The notes under the pieces are model-generated. The model was not told the DNA's origin. It saw only the letters and a program-made list of their open reading frames with translations, and ran no database searches. The translations under genes and the position numbers were made by a program. Shown piece by piece: positions 40,301 to 51,887 of a DNA stretch of 64,000 nucleotides; within the stretch, counting starts at the first letter, position 1; every line of letters begins with the position of its first letter. The stretch covers positions 16,492,001-16,556,000 of the forward strand of contig CM022672.1 in assembly GCA_012295275.1 (NCBI GenBank), in the 5' to 3' direction. The stretch comes from Chrysomallon squamiferum. Taxonomy: Eukaryota > Animalia > Mollusca.

Positions 40301-43300
40301 TGTGTTTATTCACCTCAATGTGTAATTAATTCTACAGTTACATTAATTGAAAAAAAATATTTACCATCAACATAAAATACTAATATGTTACATTAAAAAT
40401 TATTGTAATGTGCTTATGATACCAAAAACATATTTCAATATACTTTACAACAATTAACTTTGTAAAAACTTATTTACTTCCAAGTAATTGTAAAATAATT
40501 GTCATATTTTCCCTTAGAACTGTTTTCTAGGTGTGATTTGTCAACAATAAATGTGAGAAAAAAAATTAATATTTTTTTAAGAACTTCATACAGGAAAGAG
40601 AAGAACAGGATTACTGTAGTCTTTTCATATTATTATTACAAATATAATTCAAGGCTATTTCAAAACATCAACCTAAAAACCTAAAACCTAAAAACTGTAA
40701 TGTGCTAATGACATCAAAAACTATTTCAATAGACTTTACAACAATTATTTTCGCAAAACTTTTAATTTGATCTATTTCCAATTAAAACAGTGTAAAATAA
40801 TTGTCTTTTATTCAATCACATCAAATTATTTTCTGATATTTCTTTTTTATTTTAAATGAAATAACTTTAAGATGATTTGTTTTGTGTATTATGCCAGACA
40901 GCTGAATAAGACTGCCTGGAAAGTGGACACAAAATTTCTCTTGCACTAACAGATTTCACATTTACAAGTGTCTGCAAAGATTAAAACTGTTATAAGTGCA
41001 AGTAAAATTCAACCTAATTGCTCAGTGAAATTTATCTATGAAATAAAACTTCACAACTAGTCATAATTTCCTACTGTATCCACTATTACTATTATTATTA
41101 CTATTATTATTGATATTTTGAAAAGATATACATATTTCTTAATAACACAGAAGTGCCAAAATAGTGTTTAAGTCAGTATCATACAGTTTTTTATGGCAAT
41201 TGCAAAGTTATGGTTATTAAGTGCTGAATACCTTATTCTGAACAGCAATGCTTTTCAAAAACATTGTATGATCTTCAGACACAACTTGTATCCAAACTTC
41301 AGAAGGACTCTCCACATGGGAAATCCAAACCTGAAAATATAAAAAGGTAAATACAAAATAACATTTTTCTGAGATTTCATGTTAGTTTTATCAAGAATCT
41401 CTCAATTCTGATAAAAAAAAAGTGTATCCACTTTTATGGATTTATTAACTCAATACAACAGATTATAAGAATTGTGTAACAAACAGGTTAGAAATATCTT
41501 TGATAATGACTTTGATAGTCTATTACTTTAGTATGGATAGTGAAATAAAATGGTAAGAATTGTTGGAAAATGTTTAAATATATCTATTCAAATTAAAAAC
41601 ACTGACCTTTGTTCGAATTTTCAAAGGTAATGTAACAGATGCAATATCAGTTTGTCTGTATCGGCGTTTTGAAACTGATGGGGAATCTAAATTTTTGACT
41701 GCCTTCTGCATTTGTGCACTGTCCTTCATAAATAACCCATCCATTAAACAATTTGGAGCAGACTTTGATTCTCTCGCCTGTTATGAAACAAAAGCCAATT
41801 ACATTTCAAAACAAAAAGTGAGTTTAATCAGACACTGAAGAAAAGGTAAGAAGATTATACATTTTGTATCAGTATTAATAACCATTTACTTTTAAGACAA
41901 CATGTCCTACATCTGTATAAATATACCAAGTAATTTAAAAATCAATCCATTATTGAAGTAACAACAATCAGTCTATCGTTTAATTATGAAAACGTAAAAC
42001 ATTTAGCAAAATTAAGTGGTGGTGTAGGAAAACCCATCAGAAGCTGTTGGGAGTCTTATCAAGAAAGAGATCAAAATACATTATAAAGTCACCACTGGTT
42101 AATTTTGACAATTTCATAAACCGAAAATAATTTTCTGACCACATGAAGGGTCTTCCCAGACCACCACTCACTTATTAAGAGAACACAAAGATTTGTGTTA
42201 TTTATACCAATGTCAGTTACTGTGGTGATATGAATTATTTTGTCATTCTTTTAACAATTCTAACATTTCAGTGATTATATGTGTATATTTATATTTCTCT
42301 ATCACTTAGAATTTGTAAGTATTACTAAACCTGTTTGTTACTATTCCTGTTCATTTGTCCTCTTCTAGGCATGTTCTTTCGATTGTGCCGAGCTCCTGTG
42401 ACTGGTAATGATTCTGTATCAGAAACATCTGTCAGTAAATTATCCAAATCCTTTGAAAAGTTCTAATAGCAAAAACAATTGAAAAAAAGTAAACAAAACA
42501 ATTAAATTTTATCATTAACTCAAATAATTTTTATTTTATTAATAAAAACAGCAACCAAAAAGCCTATGTATTATATAATTACATTTCCTAAACAGTAACA
42601 ATTTAAAAACAAAACAAAAAACCCAACTAAGAACACATGCAAATCATGTGACGTACTTACTCTATTCTTGTAACTACAATAATGATTTATTTATGTATGG
42701 ACTTAAAATAAAATCTTATTTTGCTATTACTGAAAACAAGACTACTTACTTCAACATCATTCATATTCACAGAGACATCAAACCGTGAATCAAGATCATC
42801 CTGATTACAAGCATTTGTCTGCATTAATCTGAAAATAAAACATCCAAGAAATTGTCAAACAACTATCATACACATGCCAATCAGCTAAATAACACATCAT
42901 ACAGAACCACTTGAATGACAAAACAATTTACCAAAAATTTATATTTTGTATACACTGACAAACACATATGCACACACCAATGTGGTATGTAAATAACAAG
43001 AGAAACTGGCATTGTTACAACAAAAATAGTTTTGCTTCTAAAATGTTTTTATTCATTCATAAAATAAATGAAAAAAAAAAAAGACAGCCAAGTGATAAAT
43101 GTAATTTTCAACATGATAAATGTCAACAATGGATTGTTACAAGCATCAGATGATATTTTATTAAACATAAAAAATAACTGTTTTTAATCCTCATGCTTCA
43201 TGAAGTGTAGAAAAGCTGGACAAACTTCTTTATTAATTGAAAATACTTTGTTTTTTGAAATTTTTTTTTTTTTGGGGGGGTAGGTGTTTTTTTTTGAAAA

Positions 43301-46300
43301 TTATTTTTGTTTCAGATGAAGATAAACATTTCAGATAAAATGAAGTATATTAGTTAAGTACACTGATAATAAAACTCACTGAAGTTGTATGCAGGTTTCT
43401 TTGTGTTCTGGGTAATGTTTTTTCTGGCAAGTTACACTGCAGTATGGAAGCTTACATCGCCTACATCTTTTTGATGCTGAAAATAAATTTGTGATATATT
43501 TTGAGAAAGAAAAAAAACACACTTAAATTTGAGAAATCATTCATGGAGTTCTTCTTAAACTGGTGAATTGCACATACATGGGTAAATGATACTAGAGACA
43601 AAGATCAACAAAAACACAAAAATAATTTAGTCATATATGATTGAAATTTTATGAAAGTTAAAAAGCACAGATCTGTAATAACAAAACATTGCTTAGCATA
43701 TTAAAAATGAAAATTCAAACAGATTGTAATGATCATAGAGGATTCCTACAGAAAAAAAAAACTGACTCTAACCAAAATGTAATAAAATATACATGGCAAA
43801 TTCCACATAAGTCAAAAACCATTATTAAGTAACTATTCAGACAATTTAGAAATATTCCAGTAACAGCTAACCACACTATATTTACATGTATTTTTCTAAA
43901 CTCACCAGGCTTTTTACATGCAATGCAATGGTATTTGTTCCTTCTCTTTTCAGATTCTGTCAGAATTTAAAAAATAAAAAGTAAATACATAAAAATAAAG
44001 GTCAGTTAAAATTTAAGCCTTTTTATAATCATTAGTAACTGTATAAAGTTATATTTATTATTTTAAACTATTTAATTAATAATGGTCCAAGAAAGGCTGT
44101 GATTTATAAATAAATAAATATAAAAACATCATCAAGAAACTGAATAAAAAGTGTTGTAAAAATAATATATATTTTTGTAGATACTATTCTATATTTGAAA
44201 AATCGATCACCTGATGAGTTTATTAATGTCCGATTGAAACCTTCTTCTCTTGGCCTACTTTCATGTGATTGATATTGTCTTGAAGGTCTACCAAAGTATT
44301 CACTGGGATACTTTCTGAGACCACGACCCATGCCAGGTGTAAATGATGGCATCTGATAATCGTAACAGGCTAAAAAAAATATTTAAAAAATAAAGGATTG
44401 GGTTGTTAATTTGTATGTAGATATGGATCACAATCACAACCATAAAAAAGAATACACATTTGTACATCACAGACAGATTAAATCATGGTTTGTTATTTTT
44501 CTTATTGTAGTAGTTGTTTCTACAAAAATCATTTTCAAGTTATTTTAATCAATAATAATCAATACATTTTAAGAAGTAATTCTAAGAATAAAATCTGTCA
44601 GTGTGCAATGTTGCAAGGGGAGTGAAAGATATAAACATTTCTCTGAAGAAATCATGTTCTGAGATGGGAATAACATAATAAACAAAGACTAAAGAAACAT
44701 TTTGAAATTCTAAAGATATATCCATAATTTTTAATACTACATCACAACAGAAAATATTCAGTACCTTGGGGTCCACCATAATTAAACTGTCCCAGCCAAA
44801 ACGAATCCATGCCTCTCCCAACTGAAGGAAATGGTGGAGCTATGTATAAAAAAAAATTAATTTGGAATAAAAGAAAAAATATATATATTGAAATTTTCTA
44901 TCTACTGTGTTCCATTCAGCAGATTAAATAGTTTATCCTAGTGGTTTAGACTGTACAATTCACCAATTCACATAGGATTTCTTTCACAAAAGGAAATGAT
45001 GTCACTTACAAAGTAACATGATTAAGAACTTAACAGATACAGACATTAACTACTAATAAATAATTTTCATTAAAAGGGATAACAGATTTAATGCAAATTC
45101 ATGCTTAAACAATCTTAATGATGTAGAATGAGTCTCAAAATTCTTAATATATGTTACTTTAATTGAAAACATGCCTGGAATAAATCCTCTGTCAAATGGT
45201 GCAGTGGCCATTTCTGGATAAGGAGCCAATGCTGGCGGCCTTGCCCAGCCTGCAAAATAATCATCCTTTATTGAACTTCAAATAAAATGTGCCATACTGC
45301 ATGAAAACCAATATCCCAAACTGAAGAGAATATATAAAATACCTGGGCAGATACTGATAAATACTGTAAATATATTTTGTAACTTCCATCTTATGTTTTA
45401 TTATTTTTTCCCAATACAATTAAGATTAAAGTTTAACAGTGAAAGAATACAGCTTAAAATACTGGGGGCTATCTTTATTTCTGCAGCCACGATCTCACAG
45501 TGTAGAAGTAGATCCATTTGCTTTAAATTTTCTTCCAGCACTAGAAAAATACAACTGTCAATCTATCGTGTGCGTTATCATATCATAGCTACAGTTATAC
45601 AGGGGTGAAATGGCAACACTGACATCTTTTGTGACAGTCTCAATTTGCTGTCACACTTTGTTATGAGTCAAATAATAACTTGGCTGCATTATGTATTTTA
45701 TTAGACTGTTTATTGATACATCTCAATTTTTCATTATCTTAACTGATTATTTAAAATTTTATGTATCTTAATCTAATCCAGTCTGGTTACTTCCATACAG
45801 ATAAATGCATGAACAAGTACTATGTGCAAAACATCTTAAACTTAATTCTGAGTTAATGAAATAATATCTAAACAAGGAAAATTTACAAAAAAGCCATTAA
45901 GACATAGGTAAACTAACCAAATTCTGGTCCTTGACCCATTCCAAATGACAAAGGTTTATAAGTGCGTTTTGTATTCATTGCTCCCTTGGATTGATTGTGC
46001 CTGTTACCTTTTAAGTCACCAAAGTTTTCAGACTCATAGCCATCATCATAAGGTGAATTTCTATGTCCAATTACATGAACTGGTCCTGAGCCAGCAATTT
46101 CTTCATTAGCTGCAAGCACAATTACACCCAGTGTGAAACCAAATTATAAACTTTGACTGAATTATGACTGAAGTTTAAGCCACAAAATGAAGTGTAAATA
46201 TGAGTTACATTATCATTAAGATAATTAAAATAAATGTGAGAAACTGAATAAAAGTATGACAGTAGACTGTCTAAAAATAATAATAATAATAATAGTAAAT

Positions 46301-49300
46301 AAATATATAAAATAAAACAAACAAAATAATAATAATAATAATAAAACAAAGAGAAAAATTTAATGTTTTTGGTAATAGATTTGAAAAAAAAAAAAGAAAG
46401 AAAGAAAGAAGATGGAATAAGAATAGGTAATATAACTTACAGAGAATGCCAGGTTTAGTAATGTTTGAAGATGCCCACTGTTGCAAAATTCCTGAACGAC
46501 CTTTTCCCTTTTGTGGCTTCGACTTTTGGGAGCTATATTAAAATAACACATTAACAATGAACTACTGGCATACCAGGAATATATTCAGTTATCATTTTGG
46601 AAAATTATTATACTATCACAGTACAAAAATAATTTTTGCAAGAAATAATATAAAGAAATGCTTAGAAAACTTTTTTTTTTAAAAGAAAATAACTCAAGGA
46701 AGAAAATACGATATGCAACGGTATTCATTTCCGGTCAACATCCGACTTTAAATTATCATTATTACTATTTAAATATATTTCAGTGTACCACTTTTTGCGT
46801 AAAGGAATACATACAAATGAATTGCACCATACAAAATCTAACGGAAATGTTTATACTTTTAATTCAGGACTGTTCTAAACAAATGAAAGAAAATTGAAAA
46901 GGCACTTTCACTTTCGAAATTGTGTTAATGAAAAAGGAAATTGAACGACAGTGTGCAGTAAGTGTAACAGATAAACTAAAGTACATATGTAATATGTGGA
47001 TGAAACTGTGAGAATGTACTATATGTTTATTTCATCTTAACTTTTACGTTTCCTGTCCATTATTTAAATACTCGGGTGTCAGGCGCTTTTCCGCCATATT
47101 TAATCAAGGGCAGATAATTCAAATCTAATAATATATAAAAATAAGTCTCTTTGGCTTGTACGAATTTTATGTGCGCCCACGTCTCATTTCATGCGCTCAT
47201 TGCTAAATTCTAGACCAAACAACTGTTGCTGAAAATTATGTTCCTGGTACTCTAAAGAAATTTTGCTCGAATGCTTAATTAAAAATAAACTAATCATGTT
47301 TTTATATATCACATTATGATTATCAGTAACTGATTTTTTAAAATCGGTTTATTTTTGCTTGAAGTGTTGATTAGCTCCATCAGAGAAAATACAACAAAGG
47401 TCAGATACATGACTTTGCATCAGATCACAGCATGTGCAAACTAGGAAAACTCATGTTTCTGTTTCAAATATCAAATTATCACACCTGTGCCTGTGCTGCC
47501 CTTTGTCTCATTATTACAGACATTTTATTGCCCCTAATTAGTACCTGCAAAACCTTTCTGGAGCGGGCTCCAAGTTTTAGCCCAGTTTGTGTGTTGCAGA
47601 AGATTATGGTTAAAGATTAAATGCCTGAAGTCCTTTTAAGTAGCACACACACACACATACATACATCATCATAGCATCTTTTTAATTTTTCACCACAAAA
47701 TATTTAAGATACTTAATAATGAAAAATTTAAATTTAATTCAATGAGGACAAAAATGGAAAATCAACTGCTGTTTAAACTAAAAAAAACACAAATGTAGAA
47801 AACTGCTAATTCATTATTGTTGAAACCATACGTAAACATTTTTCTCAGTTTTATGACTTAAACTGTATAAAAATGCAAGTGGCAAGTTATTCTACGATAC
47901 ACATGCAGTTTGAATTCTGTACAAGCCCTATTACAGCAGTTTCAAATGTCCGCAATATTGATTACTCTAAGACATATAAAACTAAACAACAACAAAATAA
48001 ATAAATAAATAAATTTAAATTAGAAAATAAATCATAACAATATGTAAATTACTCACCTTAATGCACTATTTTCCTGTGAAGACTTAAAAAAAAAAATAAT
48101 ATTAAAGGAATAAAATTTAATTAAAAAAAATTAAATACATAAAATAAATACAAATAAGATTCGGTAAACAAACAGAATCTTCTTTGAAAGAATAGCTATC
48201 AACAAACACAAGATTAACTTAAAACTGATCTTTTCTTTGTTTATCCAAAAACAAGAATTATTTGAATGACCTAATTTCTTCTCTACAGTACTAAAATATT
48301 ACACTGATTCAAAAGAAAGTATTGAAATAAATGTTTTATATACACACACGTGTATATATATATATTTTTGTATGTATGTACGTATGTACATACTTTTTAA
48401 TCATTACTTACTGTACACAAGGTTTAGGGTGTAGAAATCATTTCAGCAGGCTAAAATGGCACTTAAAGACAAGAAACAGAACTAATTTCTGAACCTATTT
48501 ATTTATCTACCTTTTCATCACTATCATAAATGTTGTTACTGTTATTTCTATCAAGATGATTCTGTTCCAAAGATCTCAGAAATTCTTCTTCCCTCTGAAA
48601 ATTTAAGAACAATTTCCTTCATTGTCAGTATGTAATAAATAATTTCATTCTTTTTTAAACATATAGATTTTAACCATATGCATAAATAATAATCATTAAT
48701 TTTCAAGCTTAATAATTATTTTACCTCAATTACAATATATTATAAAATTCAAGTTTTACTCAAAATATCTAGAATGGCAATGATAAAATGCATCAAGATG
48801 ATTAAATCATTCAAAAATTACATTTTAGCATTTTTCTAATTGCTTTCACAGATAATTAAGAAGTTAAAATTACAGAAAGCTATATCTTAAAAACAAACCT
48901 CTTTCCGTTTCTTTTCGGCATCTTTTTCTTCTTCTGACTTTGCCATCTGGATGTGAATACGACAGTGCTGTAACTGATATCCATCTAACAGATGTATAGC
49001 TCGCTGTGCATGTGGCAACGACTTCATAGTAACAAATCTGAAAGGGCAAAGTAATGGTGACCATTTAGTAACTTTTGTCCAACAATGAAAACGTACTAAC
49101 AAATATAAATATAGTGGGTTTCTTAACGTCATCGTGTATGTAACAAAACAGACTTTTAATACTGAACTGTGGGTGATTCATTCTTACCCATAGGTTGTTG
49201 AGCTGTTGATTTTCTTTGAAGACACTACTGTAGCTTCCTTGACATCTCCAGCCATAAGAAACAAGTTCTCCAGGCCTTTCTAAAATAATAAGTTTTTCAT

Positions 49301-51887
49301 CATATATTTCAGTATTTCATATTTTATAAAAACGTGATATTCTTGGGAAAAAAAAAAAAATCTCATGAATCAAATTATTTGCATAGAAATTAATGCTATG
49401 CTATTATTTTTTCAAACAAGTTGTTCATTATTAAGATATAATAATAATAAAAAAATAAAATAAAAAAAGATTAAACCTGTTTTTGTAAAAACAAAATTAT
49501 TTAAATTTTAATTTGCCAATGGGTGGTTGGCTTTTATTTATTTTTGTTGCTCTTGTTTTTGTTACTGAAAATATGAAAATGAATGTTAGCAATTTTTTTA
49601 AGTCTTAGAAGATAATTTACCAAAATACGGATATTAAAAATAAATATTTACATTAGTCAAGTCATTTGGAATGCCCCGGACATACAGTTGAACACAGCTT
49701 TCTTTATTTCTGTAAACAAATTAAAAATTAATATTTATGCACTGAAAATATGATTACTGAAAAAGAGTATTATGAGACAAGACCAACATCCTTCCATAAT
49801 TCATTTATTTAGCTTACTACTACTAGTTACTACTTAACCTATTTATTTTATAACTGACAAAGAAAAGATAATGATTTAAACTTCAGGTTTCCACCATTAA
49901 ACAATTCATACAAGCAAAAACTAAAAAATAAAAAAATAAAAAATAATAAATGAAATAAAATAAACTAAGTTTTAGATTAGAAAATACATTTTACTTAAAC
50001 TAAGATAAAATCATCTTAAAAGTTTTTTTTTTATAATTTATCAAATCATCTTTTCTTCCAAATGATTAAAACTCTTACACATATTTCATTGTGAATGTTT
50101 TTATTACCAACATTCATTTTCTACATTTTTTATTAAATGATTGTATAGATGTAAATTTTTGAGAGAAAAAAAGATGCAATAATACCAACAATAAAAAAAT
50201 ATTTTGACTGCTAGAATACAATGAACAGTAATATTTGACAGTTACAACTTACAGTCTTGACAAACTTGTACTAGTTAAGTAAGAGTTGAAAACTGGATCA
50301 TTATAATCTTCAGCTTTTGGGTCCCAGCTGGTTAAATTCTTATCTGACCTGCACAATTGTAATTTGAAAAATTAAAAATTATTATAATTATTATTATTAT
50401 TTATATATATATAATACATTTTTTAATTGATATTCAAATAAAATACACTGAGAAGAAAGAAGGTTCCAGCTGTTTGAAAACATTTGGCTTAAGAGTGAAT
50501 AAAGAATTAATCTTTCTCCATTTATTCAAAGTACAGATCACTTCAAATGGTCAATGAAAAAATCATATCAATCTGCTCATTTATGGGAAAATGTACCAAA
50601 AAAAACACCCCATGTTATTCCTGATCATTAAATATGACAATCAAACAGTAGCAGCTGGTATATAAAAAATATACAATAAATTTTATTTTTAAATTGTAAA
50701 TAATGTTTTCAAAAAATACATCAGACATAGAATAAAATTCAATACCTGTAAAGTTTTATGTGAAAATCAGTCAAGACATTATTTTGTAAATCTCCCTTAT
50801 AGTGCAAATTAATTCACTAGGATAAAAAATAACTTAAATGTGTAGACCAGCAATTGATATACTAAAATCAGGAGCAGAAATACGACTTACATTATGTAAA
50901 AAGAAAAATTGTACTTCACTTACAATACAGCTTTAATTATTTATTTCATAGCATATAGTGTAAATGTTTTCAGTAAAAATCATCCTTTGTTTTATAAACC
51001 AAATATGAAAAAAATAATAATAAAAAATTTAAAGGAACATGGAAGTAAAACTGTAATGCCTTAGACCAACAATGCAAAACCAAAATTAAAGGCATCTTGA
51101 TTTATAATGTTACTGTTACATACATTTTGCATTTATAAAGACATGGCCTTGTTACATCTCTCTTCACTAAAAAGTATATCAACTACTTGACATGGACCTA
51201 TGTTTTTGTCATTTGTGTTACCATACAAATCATATATATATGATTAGGCAATTTAATTACCATAAAAAATAAGTTACATCCCGTTGCTTCAGATACCACA
51301 CAATATTTAAGAATAAAGAGTATGCACGTTCCACAAAAAGGTGATTAGTGTATAACGCCAGCAACTGACTGACATTAAAATAACTAAATAACAATTGGTA
51401 ATAAAAGAATAAACTAAGAGATATCTTCCCAAGACACAAAATAAACATAATTGATGTGAACCCATGTTTTATTTTGACTAAATTTGCCAGGACTATAACA
51501 TCCAAGGTACACCAATTATGAATTAGACTAAAGTACATGTGTGCAATTTAAAAATCTGGAGTACTCTCGTTCTGTAAAAGGCAGAACCTAGAAGAAATAG
51601 TATAAATTGTGACAAATTTTATCAAATCTGGAGCAATGAACTGGTAGATAGTATACTAATTTTAAATTTTATAATATATCTCCAGCAGTGTAACCTTGGC
51701 CACTATAAATTTCAACAATTATAATATGTGGGAATATGGCATAATTTTTCCAATATTATGCCATGATTATAGCAACAATGTGCATGTCCTAAAACTGATC
51801 ATGGGAAAATATTTAAATAAAATCACATTTGTGAAGTACAATAAATTAATCATACCTCGAATAGGTAAATAAACTACTCTGCAACAT
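31337..51887 (-). CDS. TDRD1: RRM + MYND zinc finger + 7 extended Tudor domain protein (TDRD1/Vreteno-like piRNA pathway factor)
   Basis: Exons join in one frame: 51887-51856, 50348-50253, 49709-49652, 49279-49188, 49037-48899, 48594-48511, 48073-48057, 46532-46441, 46109-45918, 45249-45175, 44839-44765, 44369-44211, 43956-43906, 43476-43380, 42828-42750, 42462-42331, 41777-41607, 41330-41232, 39850-39635, 39298-39130, 38732-38675, 38494-38291, 37852-36747, 36434-36327, 36049-35882, 35479-35282, 35112-35076, 34892-34860, 34722-34537, 34375-33282, 32760-32644, 32284-32123, 31948-31746, 31395-31337 (TAA). RRM: LYVRGIP...TYGFVTM...AQRAIHLLDGY. MYND: CIACKKPASKRCRRCKLPYCSVTCQKKHYPEHKETC. Seven Tudor cores end in D(Y/F)GN. 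The start codon is the least certain part, and the gene symbol is by similarity only. Confidence 0.88.
40094..40220 (-). ncRNA. Candidate intronic box H/ACA snoRNA, copy A
   Basis: About 127 nt, sense to the host gene in intron 41231-39851. 5' hairpin closed by TGCACCT/AGGTGCA; H box AGAAAA (40160-40155); 3' hairpin with lower stem TTTGTGT/GCACAAA, pocket CCACTTT/CATAAT and upper stem CCAGACAAC/GTTGTTTGG; then ACA + 3 nt. Confidence 0.72.
40404..40503. other. Duplicated structured intronic element B, copy 1
   Basis: About 100 nt similar to 40696-40804. Two adjacent hairpins: TGTAA..TTACA and ACAATTA..TAATTGT. Confidence 0.45.
40696..40804. other. Duplicated structured intronic element B, copy 2
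   Basis: Paralogue of 40404-40503 with the same two hairpins; ACAATTATTTT..AAAATAATTGT is an 11-bp perfect stem here. Confidence 0.45.
40875..41000 (-). ncRNA. Candidate intronic box H/ACA snoRNA, copy A'
   Basis: About 126 nt paralogue of 40094-40220. 5' hairpin TGCACT/AGTGCA, AACAG/CTGTT, TTTGCA/TGTAAA; H box AGAGAA (40941-40936); 3' hairpin TTTGTGT/ACACAAA with identical pocket CCACTTT/CATAAT and upper stem CCAGGCAG/CTGTCTGG; ACA + 3 nt. Confidence 0.75.
42015..42168. mobile_element. MITE-like element with 21-bp imperfect terminal inverted repeats
   Basis: agtggtggtgtaggaaaaccc (42015-42035) matches the reverse complement of 42148-42168 (agtggtggtctgggaagaccc) at 18 of 21 positions. The element is intronic and non-coding. 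Confidence 0.55.
47048..47200 (-). promoter_or_regulatory. Candidate internal promoter and alternative first exon of the Tudor gene
   Basis: Local CpG cluster in otherwise CpG-poor DNA. AATATGGCGG (YY1-like, overlapping an ATG at 47097) opens MAEKRLTPEYLNNGQET, with two possible phase-2 donors compatible with the exon starting at 46532. Confidence 0.4.

Noticed and set aside
39977-40375. ORFs of 64 and 94 aa in the structured-RNA intron
   Set aside because: The paralogous copy near 40.9 kb preserves base pairing and box motifs rather than an obvious reading frame.
48870-49132. Separate small gene (e.g. a CHHC zinc-finger/GTSF1-like protein) suggested by the CPF motif
   Set aside because: CPF is the intron acceptor region; the exon is the second half of an RRM in frame with its neighbours.
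51736-51764. Perfect 10-bp hairpin ATGGCATAAT/ATTATGCCAT
   Set aside because: Isolated, with no Helitron-type CTRR end or RNA-family context that I can support.
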